From Lingula anatina (Eukaryota; Animalia; Brachiopoda): a stretch of 64,000 nt of DNA. The notes below the pieces were generated by a model. That model saw only the letters and a program-made list of their open reading frames with translations. It searched no databases and was not told where the DNA came from. The position numbers were made by a program, and so were the translations under genes. Every line of letters starts with the position of its first letter. Positions within the stretch are counted from its first letter, which is position 1. This document shows, piece after piece, positions 50,801-64,000 of the stretch. The DNA lies in NCBI GenBank assembly GCA_051362555.1, contig CM120644.1, forward strand, positions 10,238,954 through 10,302,953. Direction: 5' to 3'.

Positions 50801-53800
50801 CTCAGCGCAATCATCTGTGGCTAGGGCACATTCGTCTACATCGGCACACGCTGTGCCGTCGCCGGTGAAACCAGCCAGGCAGGTGCAGGTGAAACTGCCC
50901 ACGGTGTTGGCGCATGTGGCATTCTCAGCGCAATCATCTGTGGCTAGGGCACATTCGTCTACATCGGCACACGCTGTGCCGTCGCCGGTGAAACCAGCCA
51001 GGCAGGTGCAGGTGAAACTGCCCACGGTGTTGGCGCATGTGGCATTCTCAGCGCAATCATCTGTGGCTAGGGCACATTCGTCTACATCGGCACACGCTGT
51101 GCCGTCGCCGGTGAAACCAGCCAGGCAGGTGCAGGTGAAACTGCCCACGGTGTTGGCGCATGTGGCATTCTCAGCGCAATCATCTGTGGCTAGGGCACAT
51201 TCGTCTACATCGGCACACGCTGTGCCGTCGCCGGTGAAACCAGCCAGGCAGGTGCAGGTGAAACTGCCCACGGTGTTGGCGCATGTGGCATTCTCAGCGC
51301 AATCATCTGTGGCTAGGGCACATTCGTCTACATCGGCACACGCTGTGCCGTCGCCGGTGAAACCAGCCAGGCAGGTGCAGGTGAAACTGCCCACGGTGTT
51401 GGCGCATGTGGCATTCTCAGCGCAATCATCTGTGGCTAGGGCACATTCGTCTACATCGGCACACGCTGTGCCGTCGCCGGTGAAACCAGCCAGGCAGGTG
51501 CAGGTGAAACTGCCCACGGTGTTGGCGCATGTGGCATTCTCAGCGCAATCATCTGTGGCTAGGGCACATTCGTCTACATCGGCACACGCTGTGCCGTCGC
51601 CGGTGAAACCAGCCAGGCAGGTGCAGGTGAAACTGCCCACGGTGTTGGCGCATGTGGCATTCTCAGCGCAATCATCTGTGGCTAGGGCACATTCGTCTAC
51701 ATCGGCACACGCTGTGCCGTCGCCGGTGAAACCAGCCAGGCAGGTGCAGGTGAAACTGCCCACGGTGTTGGCGCATGTGGCATTCTCAGCGCAATCATCT
51801 GTGGCTAGGGCACATTCGTCTACATCGGCACACGCTGTGCCGTCGCCGGTGAAACCAGCCAGGCAGGTGCAGGTGAAACTGCCCACGGTGTTGGCGCATG
51901 TGGCATTCTCAGCGCAATCATCTGTGGCTAGGGCACATTCGTCTACATCGGCACACGCTGTGCCGTCGCCGGTGAAACCAGCCAGGCAGGTGCAGGTGAA
52001 ACTGCCCACGGTGTTGGCGCATGTGGCATTCTCAGCGCAATCATCTGTGGCTAGGGCACATTCGTCTACATCGGCACACGCTGTGCCGTCGCCGGTGAAA
52101 CCAGCCAGGCAGGTGCAGGTGAAACTGCCCACGGTGTTGGCGCATGTGGCATTCTCAGCGCAATCATCTGTGGCTAGGGCACATTCGTCTACATCGGCAC
52201 ACGCTGTGCCGTCGCCGGTGAAACCAGCCAGGCAGGTGCAGGTGAAACTGCCCACGGTGTTGGCGCATGTGGCATTCTCAGCGCAATCATCTGTGGCTAG
52301 GGCACATTCGTCTACATCGGCACACGCTGTGCCGTCGCCGGTGAAACCAGCCAGGCAGGTGCAGGTGAAACTGCCCACGGTGTTGGCGCATGTGGCATTC
52401 TCAGCGCAATCATCTGTGGCTAGGGCACATTCGTCTACATCGGCACACGCTGTGCCGTCGCCGGTGAAACCAGCCAGGCAGGTGCAGGTGAAACTGCCCA
52501 CGGTGTTGGCGCATGTGGCATTCTCAGCGCAATCATCTGTGGCTAGGGCACATTCGTCTACATCGGCACACGCTGTGCCGTCGCCGGTGAAACCAGCCAG
52601 GCAGGTGCAGGTGAAACTGCCCACGGTGTTGGCGCATGTGGCATTCTCAGCGCAATCATCTGTGGCTAGGGCACATTCGTCTACATCGGCACACGCTGTG
52701 CCGTCGCCGGTGAAACCAGCCAGGCAGGTGCAGGTGAAACTGCCCACGGTGTTGGCGCATGTGGCATTCTCAGCGCAATCATCTGTGGCTAGGGCACATT
52801 CGTCTACATCGGCACACGCTGTGCCGTCGCCGGTGAAACCAGCCAGGCAGGTGCAGGTGAAACTGCCCACGGTGTTGGCGCATGTGGCATTCTCAGCGCA
52901 ATCATCTGTGGCTAGGGCACATTCGTCTACATCGGCACACGCTGTGCCGTCGCCGGTGAAACCAGCCAGGCAGGTGCAGGTGAAACTGCCCACGGTGTTG
53001 GCGCATGTGGCATTCTCAGCGCAATCATCTGTGGCTAGGGCACATTCGTCTACATCGGCACACGCTGTGCCGTCGCCGGTGAAACCAGCCAGGCAGGTGC
53101 AGGTGAAACTGCCCACGGTGTTGGCGCATGTGGCATTCTCAGCGCAATCATCTGTGGCTAGGGCACATTCGTCTACATCGGCACACGCTGTGCCGTCGCC
53201 GGTGAAACCAGCCAGGCAGGTGCAGGTGAAACTGCCCACGGTGTTGGCGCATGTGGCATTCTCAGCGCAATCATCTGTGGCTAGGGCACATTCGTCTACA
53301 TCGGCACACGCTGTGCCGTCGCCGGTGAAACCAGCCAGGCAGGTGCAGGTGAAACTGCCCACGGTGTTGGCGCATGTGGCATTCTCAGCGCAATCATCTG
53401 TGGCTAGGGCACATTCGTCTACATCGGCACACGCTGTGCCGTCGCCGGTGAAACCAGCCAGGCAGGTGCAGGTGAAACTGCCCACGGTGTTGGCGCATGT
53501 GGCATTCTCAGCGCAATCATCTGTGGCTAGGGCACATTCGTCTACATCGGCACACGCTGTGCCGTCGCCGGTGAAACCAGCCAGGCAGGTGCAGGTGAAA
53601 CTGCCCACGGTGTTGGCGCATGTGGCATTCTCAGCGCAATCATCTGTGGCTAGGGCACATTCGTCTACATCGGCACACGCTGTGCCGTCGCCGGTGAAAC
53701 CAGCCAGGCAGGTGCAGGTGAAACTGCCCACGGTGTTGGCGCATGTGGCATTCTCAGCGCAATCATCTGTGGCTAGGGCACATTCGTCTACATCGGCACA

Positions 53801-56800
53801 CGCTGTGCCGTCGCCGGTGAAACCAGCCAGGCAGGTGCAGGTGAAACTGCCCACGGTGTTGGCGCATGTGGCATTCTCAGCGCAATCATCTGTGGCTAGG
53901 GCACATTCGTCTACATCGGCACACGCTGTGCCGTCGCCGGTGAAACCAGCCAGGCAGGTGCAGGTGAAACTGCCCACGGTGTTGGCGCATGTGGCATTCT
54001 CAGCGCAATCATCTGTGGCTAGGGCACATTCGTCTACATCGGCACACGCTGTGCCGTCGCCGGTGAAACCAGCCAGGCAGGTGCAGGTGAAACTGCCCAC
54101 GGTGTTGGCGCATGTGGCATTCTCAGCGCAATCATCTGTGGCTAGGGCACATTCGTCTACATCGGCACACGCTGTGCCGTCGCCGGTGAAACCAGCCAGG
54201 CAGGTGCAGGTGAAACTGCCCACGGTGTTGGCGCATGTGGCATTCTCAGCGCAATCATCTGTGGCTAGGGCACATTCGTCTACATCGGCACACGCTGTGC
54301 CGTCGCCGGTGAAACCAGCCAGGCAGGTGCAGGTGAAACTGCCCACGGTGTTGGCGCATGTGGCATTCTCAGCGCAATCATCTGTGGCTAGGGCACATTC
54401 GTCTACATCGGCACACGCTGTGCCGTCGCCGGTGAAACCAGCCAGGCAGGTGCAGGTGAAACTGCCCACGGTGTTGGCGCATGTGGCATTCTCAGCGCAA
54501 TCATCTGTGGCTAGGGCACATTCGTCTACATCGGCACACGCTGTGCCGTCGCCGGTGAAACCAGCCAGGCAGGTGCAGGTGAAACTGCCCACGGTGTTGG
54601 CGCATGTGGCATTCTCAGCGCAATCATCTGTGGCTAGGGCACATTCGTCTACATCGGCACACGCTGTGCCGTCGCCGGTGAAACCAGCCAGGCAGGTGCA
54701 GGTGAAACTGCCCACGGTGTTGGCGCATGTGGCATTCTCAGCGCAATCATCTGTGGCTAGGGCACATTCGTCTACATCGGCACACGCTGTGCCGTCGCCG
54801 GTGAAACCAGCCAGGCAGGTGCAGGTGAAACTGCCCACGGTGTTGGCGCATGTGGCATTCTCAGCGCAATCATCTGTGGCTAGGGCACATTCGTCTACAT
54901 CGGCACACGCTGTGCCGTCGCCGGTGAAACCAGCCAGGCAGGTGCAGGTGAAACTGCCCACGGTGTTGGCGCATGTGGCATTCTCAGCGCAATCATCTGT
55001 GGCTAGGGCACATTCGTCTACATCGGCACACGCTGTGCCGTCGCCGGTGAAACCAGCCAGGCAGGTGCAGGTGAAACTGCCCACGGTGTTGGCGCATGTG
55101 GCATTCTCAGCGCAATCATCTGTGGCTAGGGCACATTCGTCTACATCGGCACACGCTGTGCCGTCGCCGGTGAAACCAGCCAGGCAGGTGCAGGTGAAAC
55201 TGCCCACGGTGTTGGCGCATGTGGCATTCTCAGCGCAATCATCTGTGGCTAGGGCACATTCGTCTACATCGGCACACGCTGTGCCGTCGCCGGTGAAACC
55301 AGCCAGGCAGGTGCAGGTGAAACTGCCCACGGTGTTGGCGCATGTGGCATTCTCAGCGCAATCATCTGTGGCTAGGGCACATTCGTCTACATCGGCACAC
55401 GCTGTGCCGTCGCCGGTGAAACCAGCCAGGCAGGTGCAGGTGAAACTGCCCACGGTGTTGGCGCATGTGGCATTCTCAGCGCAATCATCTGTGGCTAGGG
55501 CACATTCGTCTACATCGGCACACGCTGTGCCGTCGCCGGTGAAACCAGCCAGGCAGGTGCAGGTGAAACTGCCCACGGTGTTGGCGCATGTGGCATTCTC
55601 AGCGCAATCATCTGTGGCTAGGGCACATTCGTCTACATCGGCACACGCTGTGCCGTCGCCGGTGAAACCAGCCAGGCAGGTGCAGGTGAAACTGCCCACG
55701 GTGTTGGCGCATGTGGCATTCTCAGCGCAATCATCTGTGGCTAGGGCACATTCGTCTACATCGGCACACGCTGTGCCGTCGCCGGTGAAACCAGCCAGGC
55801 AGGTGCAGGTGAAACTGCCCACGGTGTTGGCGCATGTGGCATTCTCAGCGCAATCATCTGTGGCTAGGGCACATTCGTCTACATCGGCACACGCTGTGCC
55901 GTCGCCGGTGAAACCAGCCAGGCAGGTGCAGGTGAAACTGCCCACGGTGTTGGCGCATGTGGCATTCTCAGCGCAATCATCTGTGGCTAGGGCACATTCG
56001 TCTACATCGGCACACGCTGTGCCGTCGCCGGTGAAACCAGCCAGGCAGGTGCAGGTGAAACTGCCCACGGTGTTGGCGCATGTGGCATTCTCAGCGCAAT
56101 CATCTGTGGCTAGGGCACATTCGTCTACATCGGCACACGCTGTGCCGTCGCCGGTGAAACCAGCCAGGCAGGTGCAGGTGAAACTGCCCACGGTGTTGGC
56201 GCATGTGGCATTCTCAGCGCAATCATCTGTGGCTAGGGCACATTCGTCTACATCGGCACACGCTGTGCCGTCGCCGGTGAAACCAGCCAGGCAGGTGCAG
56301 GTGTAAACTGCCCACGGTGTTGGCGCATGTGGCATTCTCAGCGCAATCATCTGTGGCTAGGGCACATTCGTCTACATCGGCACACGCTGTGCCGTCGCCG
56401 GTGAAACCAGCCAGGCAGGTGCAGGTGAAACTGCCCACGGTGTTGGCGCATGTGGCATTCTCAGCGCAATCATCTGTGGCTAGGGCACATTCGTCTACAT
56501 CGGCACACGCTGTGCCGTCGCCGGTGAAACCAGCCAGGCAGGTGCAGGTGAAACTGCCCACGGTGTTGGCGCATGTGGCATTCTCAGCGCAATCATCTGT
56601 GGCTAGGGCACATTCGTCTACATCGGCACACGCTGTGCCGTCGCCGGTGAAACCAGCCAGGCAGGTGCAGGTGAAACTGCCCACGGTGTTGGCGCATGTG
56701 GCATTCTCAGCGCAATCATCTGTGGCTAGGGCACATTCGTCTACATCGGCACACGCTGTGCCGTCGCCGGTGAAACCAGCCAGGCAGGTGCAGGTGAAAC

Positions 56801-59800
56801 TGCCCACGGTGTTGGCGCATGTGGCATTCTCAGCGCAATCATCTGTGGCTAGGGCACATTCGTCTACATCGGCACACGCTGTGCCGTCGCCGGTGAAACC
56901 AGCCAGGCAGGTGCAGGTGAAACTGCCCACGGTGTTGGCGCATGTGGCATTCTCAGCGCAATCATCTGTGGCTAGGGCACATTCGTCTACATCGGCACAC
57001 GCTGTGCCGTCGCCGGTGAAACCAGCCAGGCAGGTGCAGGTGAAACTGCCCACGGTGTTGGCGCATGTGGCATTCTCAGCGCAATCATCTGTGGCTAGGG
57101 CACATTCGTCTACATCGGCACACGCTGTGCCGTCGCCGGTGAAACCAGCCAGGCAGGTGCAGGTGAAACTGCCCACGGTGTTGGCGCATGTGGCATTCTC
57201 AGCGCAATCATCTGTGGCTAGGGCACATTCGTCTACATCGGCACACGCTGTGCCGTCGCCGGTGAAACCAGCCAGGCAGGTGCAGGTGAAACTGCCCACG
57301 GTGTTGGCGCATGTGGCATTCTCAGCGCAATCATCTGTGGCTAGGGCACATTCGTCTACATCGGCACACGCTGTGCCGTCGCCGGTGAAACCAGCCAGGC
57401 AGGTGCAGGTGAAACTGCCCACGGTGTTGGCGCATGTGGCATTCTCAGCGCAATCATCTGTGGCTAGGGCACATTCGTCTACATCGGCACACGCTGTGCC
57501 GTCGCCGGTGAAACCAGCCAGGCAGGTGCAGGTGAAACTGCCCACGGTGTTGGCGCATGTGGCATTCTCAGCGCAATCATCTGTGGCTAGGGCACATTCG
57601 TCTACATCGGCACACGCTGTGCCGTCGCCGGTGAAACCAGCCAGGCAGGTGCAGGTGAAACTGCCCACGGTGTTGGCGCATGTGGCATTCTCAGCGCAAT
57701 CATCTGTGGCTAGGGCACATTCGTCTACATCGGCACACGCTGTGCCGTCGCCGGTGAAACCAGCCAGGCAGGTGCAGGTGAAACTGCCCACGGTGTTGGC
57801 GCATGTGGCATTCTCAGCGCAATCATCTGTGGCTAGGGCACATTCGTCTACATCGGCACACGCTGTGCCGTCGCCGGTGAAACCAGCCAGGCAGGTGCAG
57901 GTGAAACTGCCCACGGTGTTGGCGCATGTGGCATTCTCAGCGCAATCATCTGTGGCTAGGGCACATTCGTCTACATCGGCACACGCTGTGCCGTCGCCGG
58001 TGAAACCAGCCAGGCAGGTGCAGGTGAAACTGCCCACGGTGTTGGCGCATGTGGCATTCTCAGCGCAATCATCTGTGGCTAGGGCACATTCGTCTACATC
58101 GGCACACGCTGTGCCGTCGCCGGTGAAACCAGCCAGGCAGGTGCAGGTGAAACTGCCCACGGTGTTGGCGCATGTGGCATTCTCAGCGCAATCATCTGTG
58201 GCTAGGGCACATTCGTCTACATCGGCACACGCTGTGCCGTCGCCGGTGAAACCAGCCAGGCAGGTGCAGGTGAAACTGCCCACGGTGTTGGCGCATGTGG
58301 CATTCTCAGCGCAATCATCTGTGGCTAGGGCACATTCGTCTACATCGGCACACGCTGTGCCGTCGCCGGTGAAACCAGCCAGGCAGGTGCAGGTGAAACT
58401 GCCCACGGTGTTGGCGCATGTGGCATTCTCAGCGCAATCATCTGTGGCTAGGGCACATTCGTCTACATCGGCACACGCTGTGCCGTCGCCGGTGAAACCA
58501 GCCAGGCAGGTGCAGGTGAAACTGCCCACGGTGTTGGCGCATGTGGCATTCTCAGCGCAATCATCTGTGGCTAGGGCACATTCGTCTACATCGGCACACG
58601 CTGTGCCGTCGCCGGTGAAACCAGCCAGGCAGGTGCAGGTGAAACTGCCCACGGTGTTGGCGCATGTGGCATTCTCAGCGCAATCATCTGTGGCTAGGGC
58701 ACATTCGTCTACATCGGCACACGCTGTGCCGTCGCCGGTGAAACCAGCCAGGCAGGTGCAGGTGAAACTGCCCACGGTGTTGGCGCATGTGGCATTCTCA
58801 GCGCAATCATCTGTGGCTAGGGCACATTCGTCTACATCGGCACACGCTGTGCCGTCGCCGGTGAAACCAGCCAGGCAGGTGCAGGTGAAACTGCCCACGG
58901 TGTTGGCGCATGTGGCATTCTCAGCGCAATCATCTGTGGCTAGGGCACATTCGTCTACATCGGCACACGCTGTGCCGTCGCCGGTGAAACCAGCCAGGCA
59001 GGTGCAGGTGAAACTGCCCACGGTGTTGGCGCATGTGGCATTCTCAGCGCAATCATCTGTGGCTAGGGCACATTCGTCTACATCGGCACACGCTGTGCCG
59101 TCGCCGGTGAAACCAGCCAGGCAGGTGCAGGTGAAACTGCCCACGGTGTTGGCGCATGTGGCATTCTCAGCGCAATCATCTGTGGCTAGGGCACATTCGT
59201 CTACATCGGCACACGCTGTGCCGTCGCCGGTGAAACCAGCCAGGCAGGTGCAGGTGAAACTGCCCACGGTGTTGGCGCATGTGGCATTCTCAGCGCAATC
59301 ATCTGTGGCTAGGGCACATTCGTCTACATCGGCACACGCTGTGCCGTCGCCGGTGAAACCAGCCAGGCAGGTGCAGGTGAAACTGCCCACGGTGTTGGCG
59401 CATGTGGCATTCTCAGCGCAATCATCTGTGGCTAGGGCACATTCGTCTACATCGGCACACGCTGTGCCGTCGCCGGTGAAACCAGCCAGGCAGGTGCAGG
59501 TGAAACTGCCCACGGTGTTGGCGCATGTGGCATTCTCAGCGCAATCATCTGTGGCTAGGGCACATTCGTCTACATCGGCACACGCTGTGCCGTCGCCGGT
59601 GAAACCAGCCAGGCAGGTGCAGGTGAAACTGCCCACGGTGTTGGCGCATGTGGCATTCTCAGCGCAATCATCTGTGGCTAGGGCACATTCGTCTACATCG
59701 GCACACGCTGTGCCGTCGCCGGTGAAACCAGCCAGGCAGGTGCAGGTGAAACTGCCCACGGTGTTGGCGCATGTGGCATTCTCAGCGCAATCATCTGTGG

Positions 59801-62800
59801 CTAGGGCACATTCGTCTACATCGGCACACGCTGTGCCGTCGCCGGTGAAACCAGCCAGGCAGGTGCAGGTGAAACTGCCCACGGTGTTGGCGCATGTGGC
59901 ATTCTCAGCGCAATCATCTGTGGCTAGGGCACATTCGTCTACATCGGCACACGCTGTGCCGTCGCCGGTGAAACCAGCCAGGCAGGTGCAGGTGAAACTG
60001 CCCACGGTGTTGGCGCATGTGGCATTCTCAGCGCAATCATCTGTGGCTAGGGCACATTCGTCTACATCGGCACACGCTGTGCCGTCGCCGGTGAAACCAG
60101 CCAGGCAGGTGCAGGTGAAACTGCCCACGGTGTTGGCGCATGTGGCATTCTCAGCGCAATCATCTGTGGCTAGGGCACATTCGTCTACATCGGCACACGC
60201 TGTGCCGTCGCCGGTGAAACCAGCCAGGCAGGTGCAGGTGAAACTGCCCACGGTGTTGGCGCATGTGGCATTCTCAGCGCAATCATCTGTGGCTAGGGCA
60301 CATTCGTCTACATCGGCACACGCTGTGCCGTCGCCGGTGAAACCAGCCAGGCAGGTGCAGGTGAAACTGCCCACGGTGTTGGCGCATGTGGCATTCTCAG
60401 CGCAATCATCTGTGGCTAGGGCACATTCGTCTACATCGGCACACGCTGTGCCGTCGCCGGTGAAACCAGCCAGGCAGGTGCAGGTGAAACTGCCCACGGT
60501 GTTGGCGCATGTGGCATTCTCAGCGCAATCATCTGTGGCTAGGGCACATTCGTCTACATCGGCACACGCTGTGCCGTCGCCGGTGAAACCAGCCAGGCAG
60601 GTGCAGGTGAAACTGCCCACGGTGTTGGCGCATGTGGCATTCTCAGCGCAATCATCTGTGGCTAGGGCACATTCGTCTACATCGGCACACGCTGTGCCGT
60701 CGCCGGTGAAACCAGCCAGGCAGGTGCAGGTGAAACTGCCCACGGTGTTGGCGCATGTGGCATTCTCAGCGCAATCATCTGTGGCTAGGGCACATTCGTC
60801 TACATCGGCACACGCTGTGCCGTCGCCGGTGAAACCAGCCAGGCAGGTGCAGGTGAAACTGCCCACGGTGTTGGCGCATGTGGCATTCTCAGCGCAATCA
60901 TCTGTGGCTAGGGCACATTCGTCTACATCGGCACACGCTGTGCCGTCGCCGGTGAAACCAGCCAGGCAGGTGCAGGTGAAACTGCCCACGGTGTTGGCGC
61001 ATGTGGCATTCTCAGCGCAATCATCTGTGGCTAGGGCACATTCGTCTACATCGGCACACGCTGTGCCGTCGCCGGTGAAACCAGCCAGGCAGGTGCAGGT
61101 GAAACTGCCCACGGTGTTGGCGCATGTGGCATTCTCAGCGCAATCATCTGTGGCTAGGGCACATTCGTCTACATCGGCACACGCTGTGCCGTCGCCGGTG
61201 AAACCAGCCAGGCAGGTGCAGGTGAAACTGCCCACGGTGTTGGCGCATGTGGCATTCTCAGCGCAATCATCTGTGGCTAGGGCACATTCGTCTACATCGG
61301 CACACGCTGTGCCGTCGCCGGTGAAACCAGCCAGGCAGGTGCAGGTGAAACTGCCCACGGTGTTGGCGCATGTGGCATTCTCAGCGCAATCATCTGTGGC
61401 TAGGGCACATTCGTCTACATCGGCACACGCTGTGCCGTCGCCGGTGAAACCAGCCAGGCAGGTGCAGGTGAAACTGCCCACGGTGTTGGCGCATGTGGCA
61501 TTCTCAGCGCAATCATCTGTGGCTAGGGCACATTCGTCTACATCGGCACACGCTGTGCCGTCGCCGGTGAAACCAGCCAGGCAGGTGCAGGTGAAACTGC
61601 CCACGGTGTTGGCGCATGTGGCATTCTCAGCGCAATCATCTGTGGCTAGGGCACATTCGTCTACATCGGCACACGCTGTGCCGTCGCCGGTGAAACCAGC
61701 CAGGCAGGTGCAGGTGAAACTGCCCACGGTGTTGGCGCATGTGGCATTCTCAGCGCAATCATCTGTGGCTAGGGCACATTCGTCTACATCGGCACACGCT
61801 GTGCCGTCGCCGGTGAAACCAGCCAGGCAGGTGCAGGTGAAACTGCCCACGGTGTTGGCGCATGTGGCATTCTCAGCGCAATCATCTGTGGCTAGGGCAC
61901 ATTCGTCTACATCGGCACACGCTGTGCCGTCGCCGGTGAAACCAGCCAGGCAGGTGCAGGTGAAACTGCCCACGGTGTTGGCGCATGTGGCATTCTCAGC
62001 GCAATCATCTGTGGCTAGGGCACATTCGTCTACATCGGCACACGCTGTGCCGTCGCCGGTGAAACCAGCCAGGCAGGTGCAGGTGAAACTGCCCACGGTG
62101 TTGGCGCATGTGGCATTCTCAGCGCAATCATCTGTGGCTAGGGCACATTCGTCTACATCGGCACACGCTGTGCCGTCGCCGGTGAAACCAGCCAGGCAGG
62201 TGCAGGTGAAACTGCCCACGGTGTTGGCGCATGTGGCATTCTCAGCGCAATCATCTGTGGCTAGGGCACATTCGTCTACATCGGCACACGCTGTGCCGTC
62301 GCCGGTGAAACCAGCCAGGCAGGTGCAGGTGAAACTGCCCACGGTGTTGGCGCATGTGGCATTCTCAGCGCAATCATCTGTGGCTAGGGCACATTCGTCT
62401 ACATCGGCACACGCTGTGCCGTCGCCGGTGAAACCAGCCAGGCAGGTGCAGGTGAAACTGCCCACGGTGTTGGCGCATGTGGCATTCTCAGCGCAATCAT
62501 CTGTGGCTAGGGCACATTCGTCTACATCGGCACACGCTGTGCCGTCGCCGGTGAAACCAGCCAGGCAGGTGCAGGTGAAACTGCCCACGGTGTTGGCGCA
62601 TGTGGCATTCTCAGCGCAATCATCTGTGGCTAGGGCACATTCGTCTACATCGGCACACGCTGTGCCGTCGCCGGTGAAACCAGCCAGGCAGGTGCAGGTG
62701 AAACTGCCCACGGTGTTGGCGCATGTGGCATTCTCAGCGCAATCATCTGTGGCTAGGGCACATTCGTCTACATCGGCACACGCTGTGCCGTCGCCGGTGA

Positions 62801-64000
62801 AACCAGCCAGGCAGGTGCAGGTGAAACTGCCCACGGTGTTGGCGCATGTGGCATTCTCAGCGCAATCATCTGTGGCTAGGGCACATTCGTCTACATCGGC
62901 ACACGCTGTGCCGTCGCCGGTGAAACCAGCCAGGCAGGTGCAGGTGAAACTGCCCACGGTGTTGGCGCATGTGGCATTCTCAGCGCAATCATCTGTGGCT
63001 AGGGCACATTCGTCTACATCGGCACACGCTGTGCCGTCGCCGGTGAAACCAGCCAGGCAGGTGCAGGTGAAACTGCCCACGGTGTTGGCGCATGTGGCAT
63101 TCTCAGCGCAATCATCTGTGGCTAGGGCACATTCGTCTACATCGGCACACGCTGTGCCGTCGCCGGTGAAACCAGCCAGGCAGGTGCAGGTGAAACTGCC
63201 CACGGTGTTGGCGCATGTGGCATTCTCAGCGCAATCATCTGTGGCTAGGGCACATTCGTCTACATCGGCACACGCTGTGCCGTCGCCGGTGAAACCAGCC
63301 AGGCAGGTGCAGGTGAAACTGCCCACGGTGTTGGCGCATGTGGCATTCTCAGCGCAATCATCTGTGGCTAGGGCACATTCGTCTACATCGGCACACGCTG
63401 TGCCGTCGCCGGTGAAACCAGCCAGGCAGGTGCAGGTGAAACTGCCCGACGGTGTTGGCGCATGTGGCATTCTCAGCGCAATCATCTGTGGCTAGGGCAC
63501 ATTCGTCTACATCGGCACACGCTGTGCCGTCGCCGGTGAAACCAGCCAGGCAGGTGCAGGTGAAACTGCCCACGGTGTTGGCGCATGTGGCATTCTCAGC
63601 GCAATCATCTGTGGCTAGGGCACATTCGTCTACATCGGCACACGCTGTGCCGTCGCCGGTGAAACCAGCCAGGCAGGTGCAGGTGAAACTGCCCACGGTG
63701 TTGGCGCATGTGGCATTCTCAGCGCAATCATCTGTGGCTAGGGCACATTCGTCTACATCGGCACACGCTGTGCCGTCGCCGGTGAAACCAGCCAGGCAGG
63801 TGCAGGTGAAACTGCCCACGGTGTTGGCGCATGTGGCATTCTCAGCGCAATCATCTGTGGCTAGGGCACATTCGTCTACATCGGCACACGCTGTGCCGTC
63901 GCCGGTGAAACCAGCCAGGCAGGTGCAGGTGAAACTGCCCACGGTGTTGGCGCATGTGGCATTCTCAGCGCAATCATCTGTGGCTAGGGCACATTCGTCT
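41854..64000 (-). CDS. Gene B giant cbEGF-repeat exon (>22 kb, ~180 units visible, 5' end outside the window; two 1-bp frameshifts)
   Basis: GTAAGG donor at 41848-41853; perfect 123-bp repeat; extra T at 56304 and extra G at 63448. Confidence 0.8.

Noticed and set aside
10080-63495. Very long plus-strand ORFs (PSPVKPARQVQVKLPTVLAHVAF...)
   Set aside because: Antisense shadow of a stop-free 123-bp unit. A variant at ~12129 breaks this frame but not the EGF frame, and splice signals support only the minus strand.
56223-63942. Programmed frameshifting at 56304 and 63448
   Set aside because: Isolated 1-bp insertions in otherwise identical units, with no slippery site; sequencing error or recent mutation is simpler.
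10070-64000. CRISPR-like regular repeats
   Set aside because: No unique spacers; these are contiguous coding tandem repeats in eukaryotic DNA.
38335-64000. Copy B as merely an uncollapsed haplotype of A
   Set aside because: Not excluded. It is disfavoured by the different 3' flanks and the extra relic copy; read depth and spanning reads are needed to decide.

Overview
AT-rich metazoan (probably invertebrate) genomic DNA. It holds two tandem minus-strand paralogues, about 31.7 kb apart, of an unnamed giant secreted protein. The predicted architecture is: signal peptide, atypical N-terminal EGFs, an EGF whose first loop carries a 95-aa insert with two furin-type sites, a single giant exon of near-identical 123-bp/41-aa calcium-binding EGF repeats, a C-type lectin (CTL), 3 EGFs and a second CTL. 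Copy A (ATG 24337 to stop 7589) is complete and has about 76 repeats. It also has a spare intact terminal CTL exon at 6352-6583. Copy B (39322 to beyond 64000) shows about 180 visible, essentially identical repeats with two 1-bp insertions, which may be assembly artefacts. A fused EGF/CTL relic lies at 35727-35880. The remaining DNA is transposon debris: two Helentron-type (HINE) elements carrying a ~146-bp satellite, four Tc1-like remnants, a LINE RT split by an 8-bp-TSD DNA element, a 2.1-kb TTAA foldback element, MITEs and a BEN-domain relic. Exon boundaries were read by eye from GT-AG signals and phase compatibility; no database searches were run.
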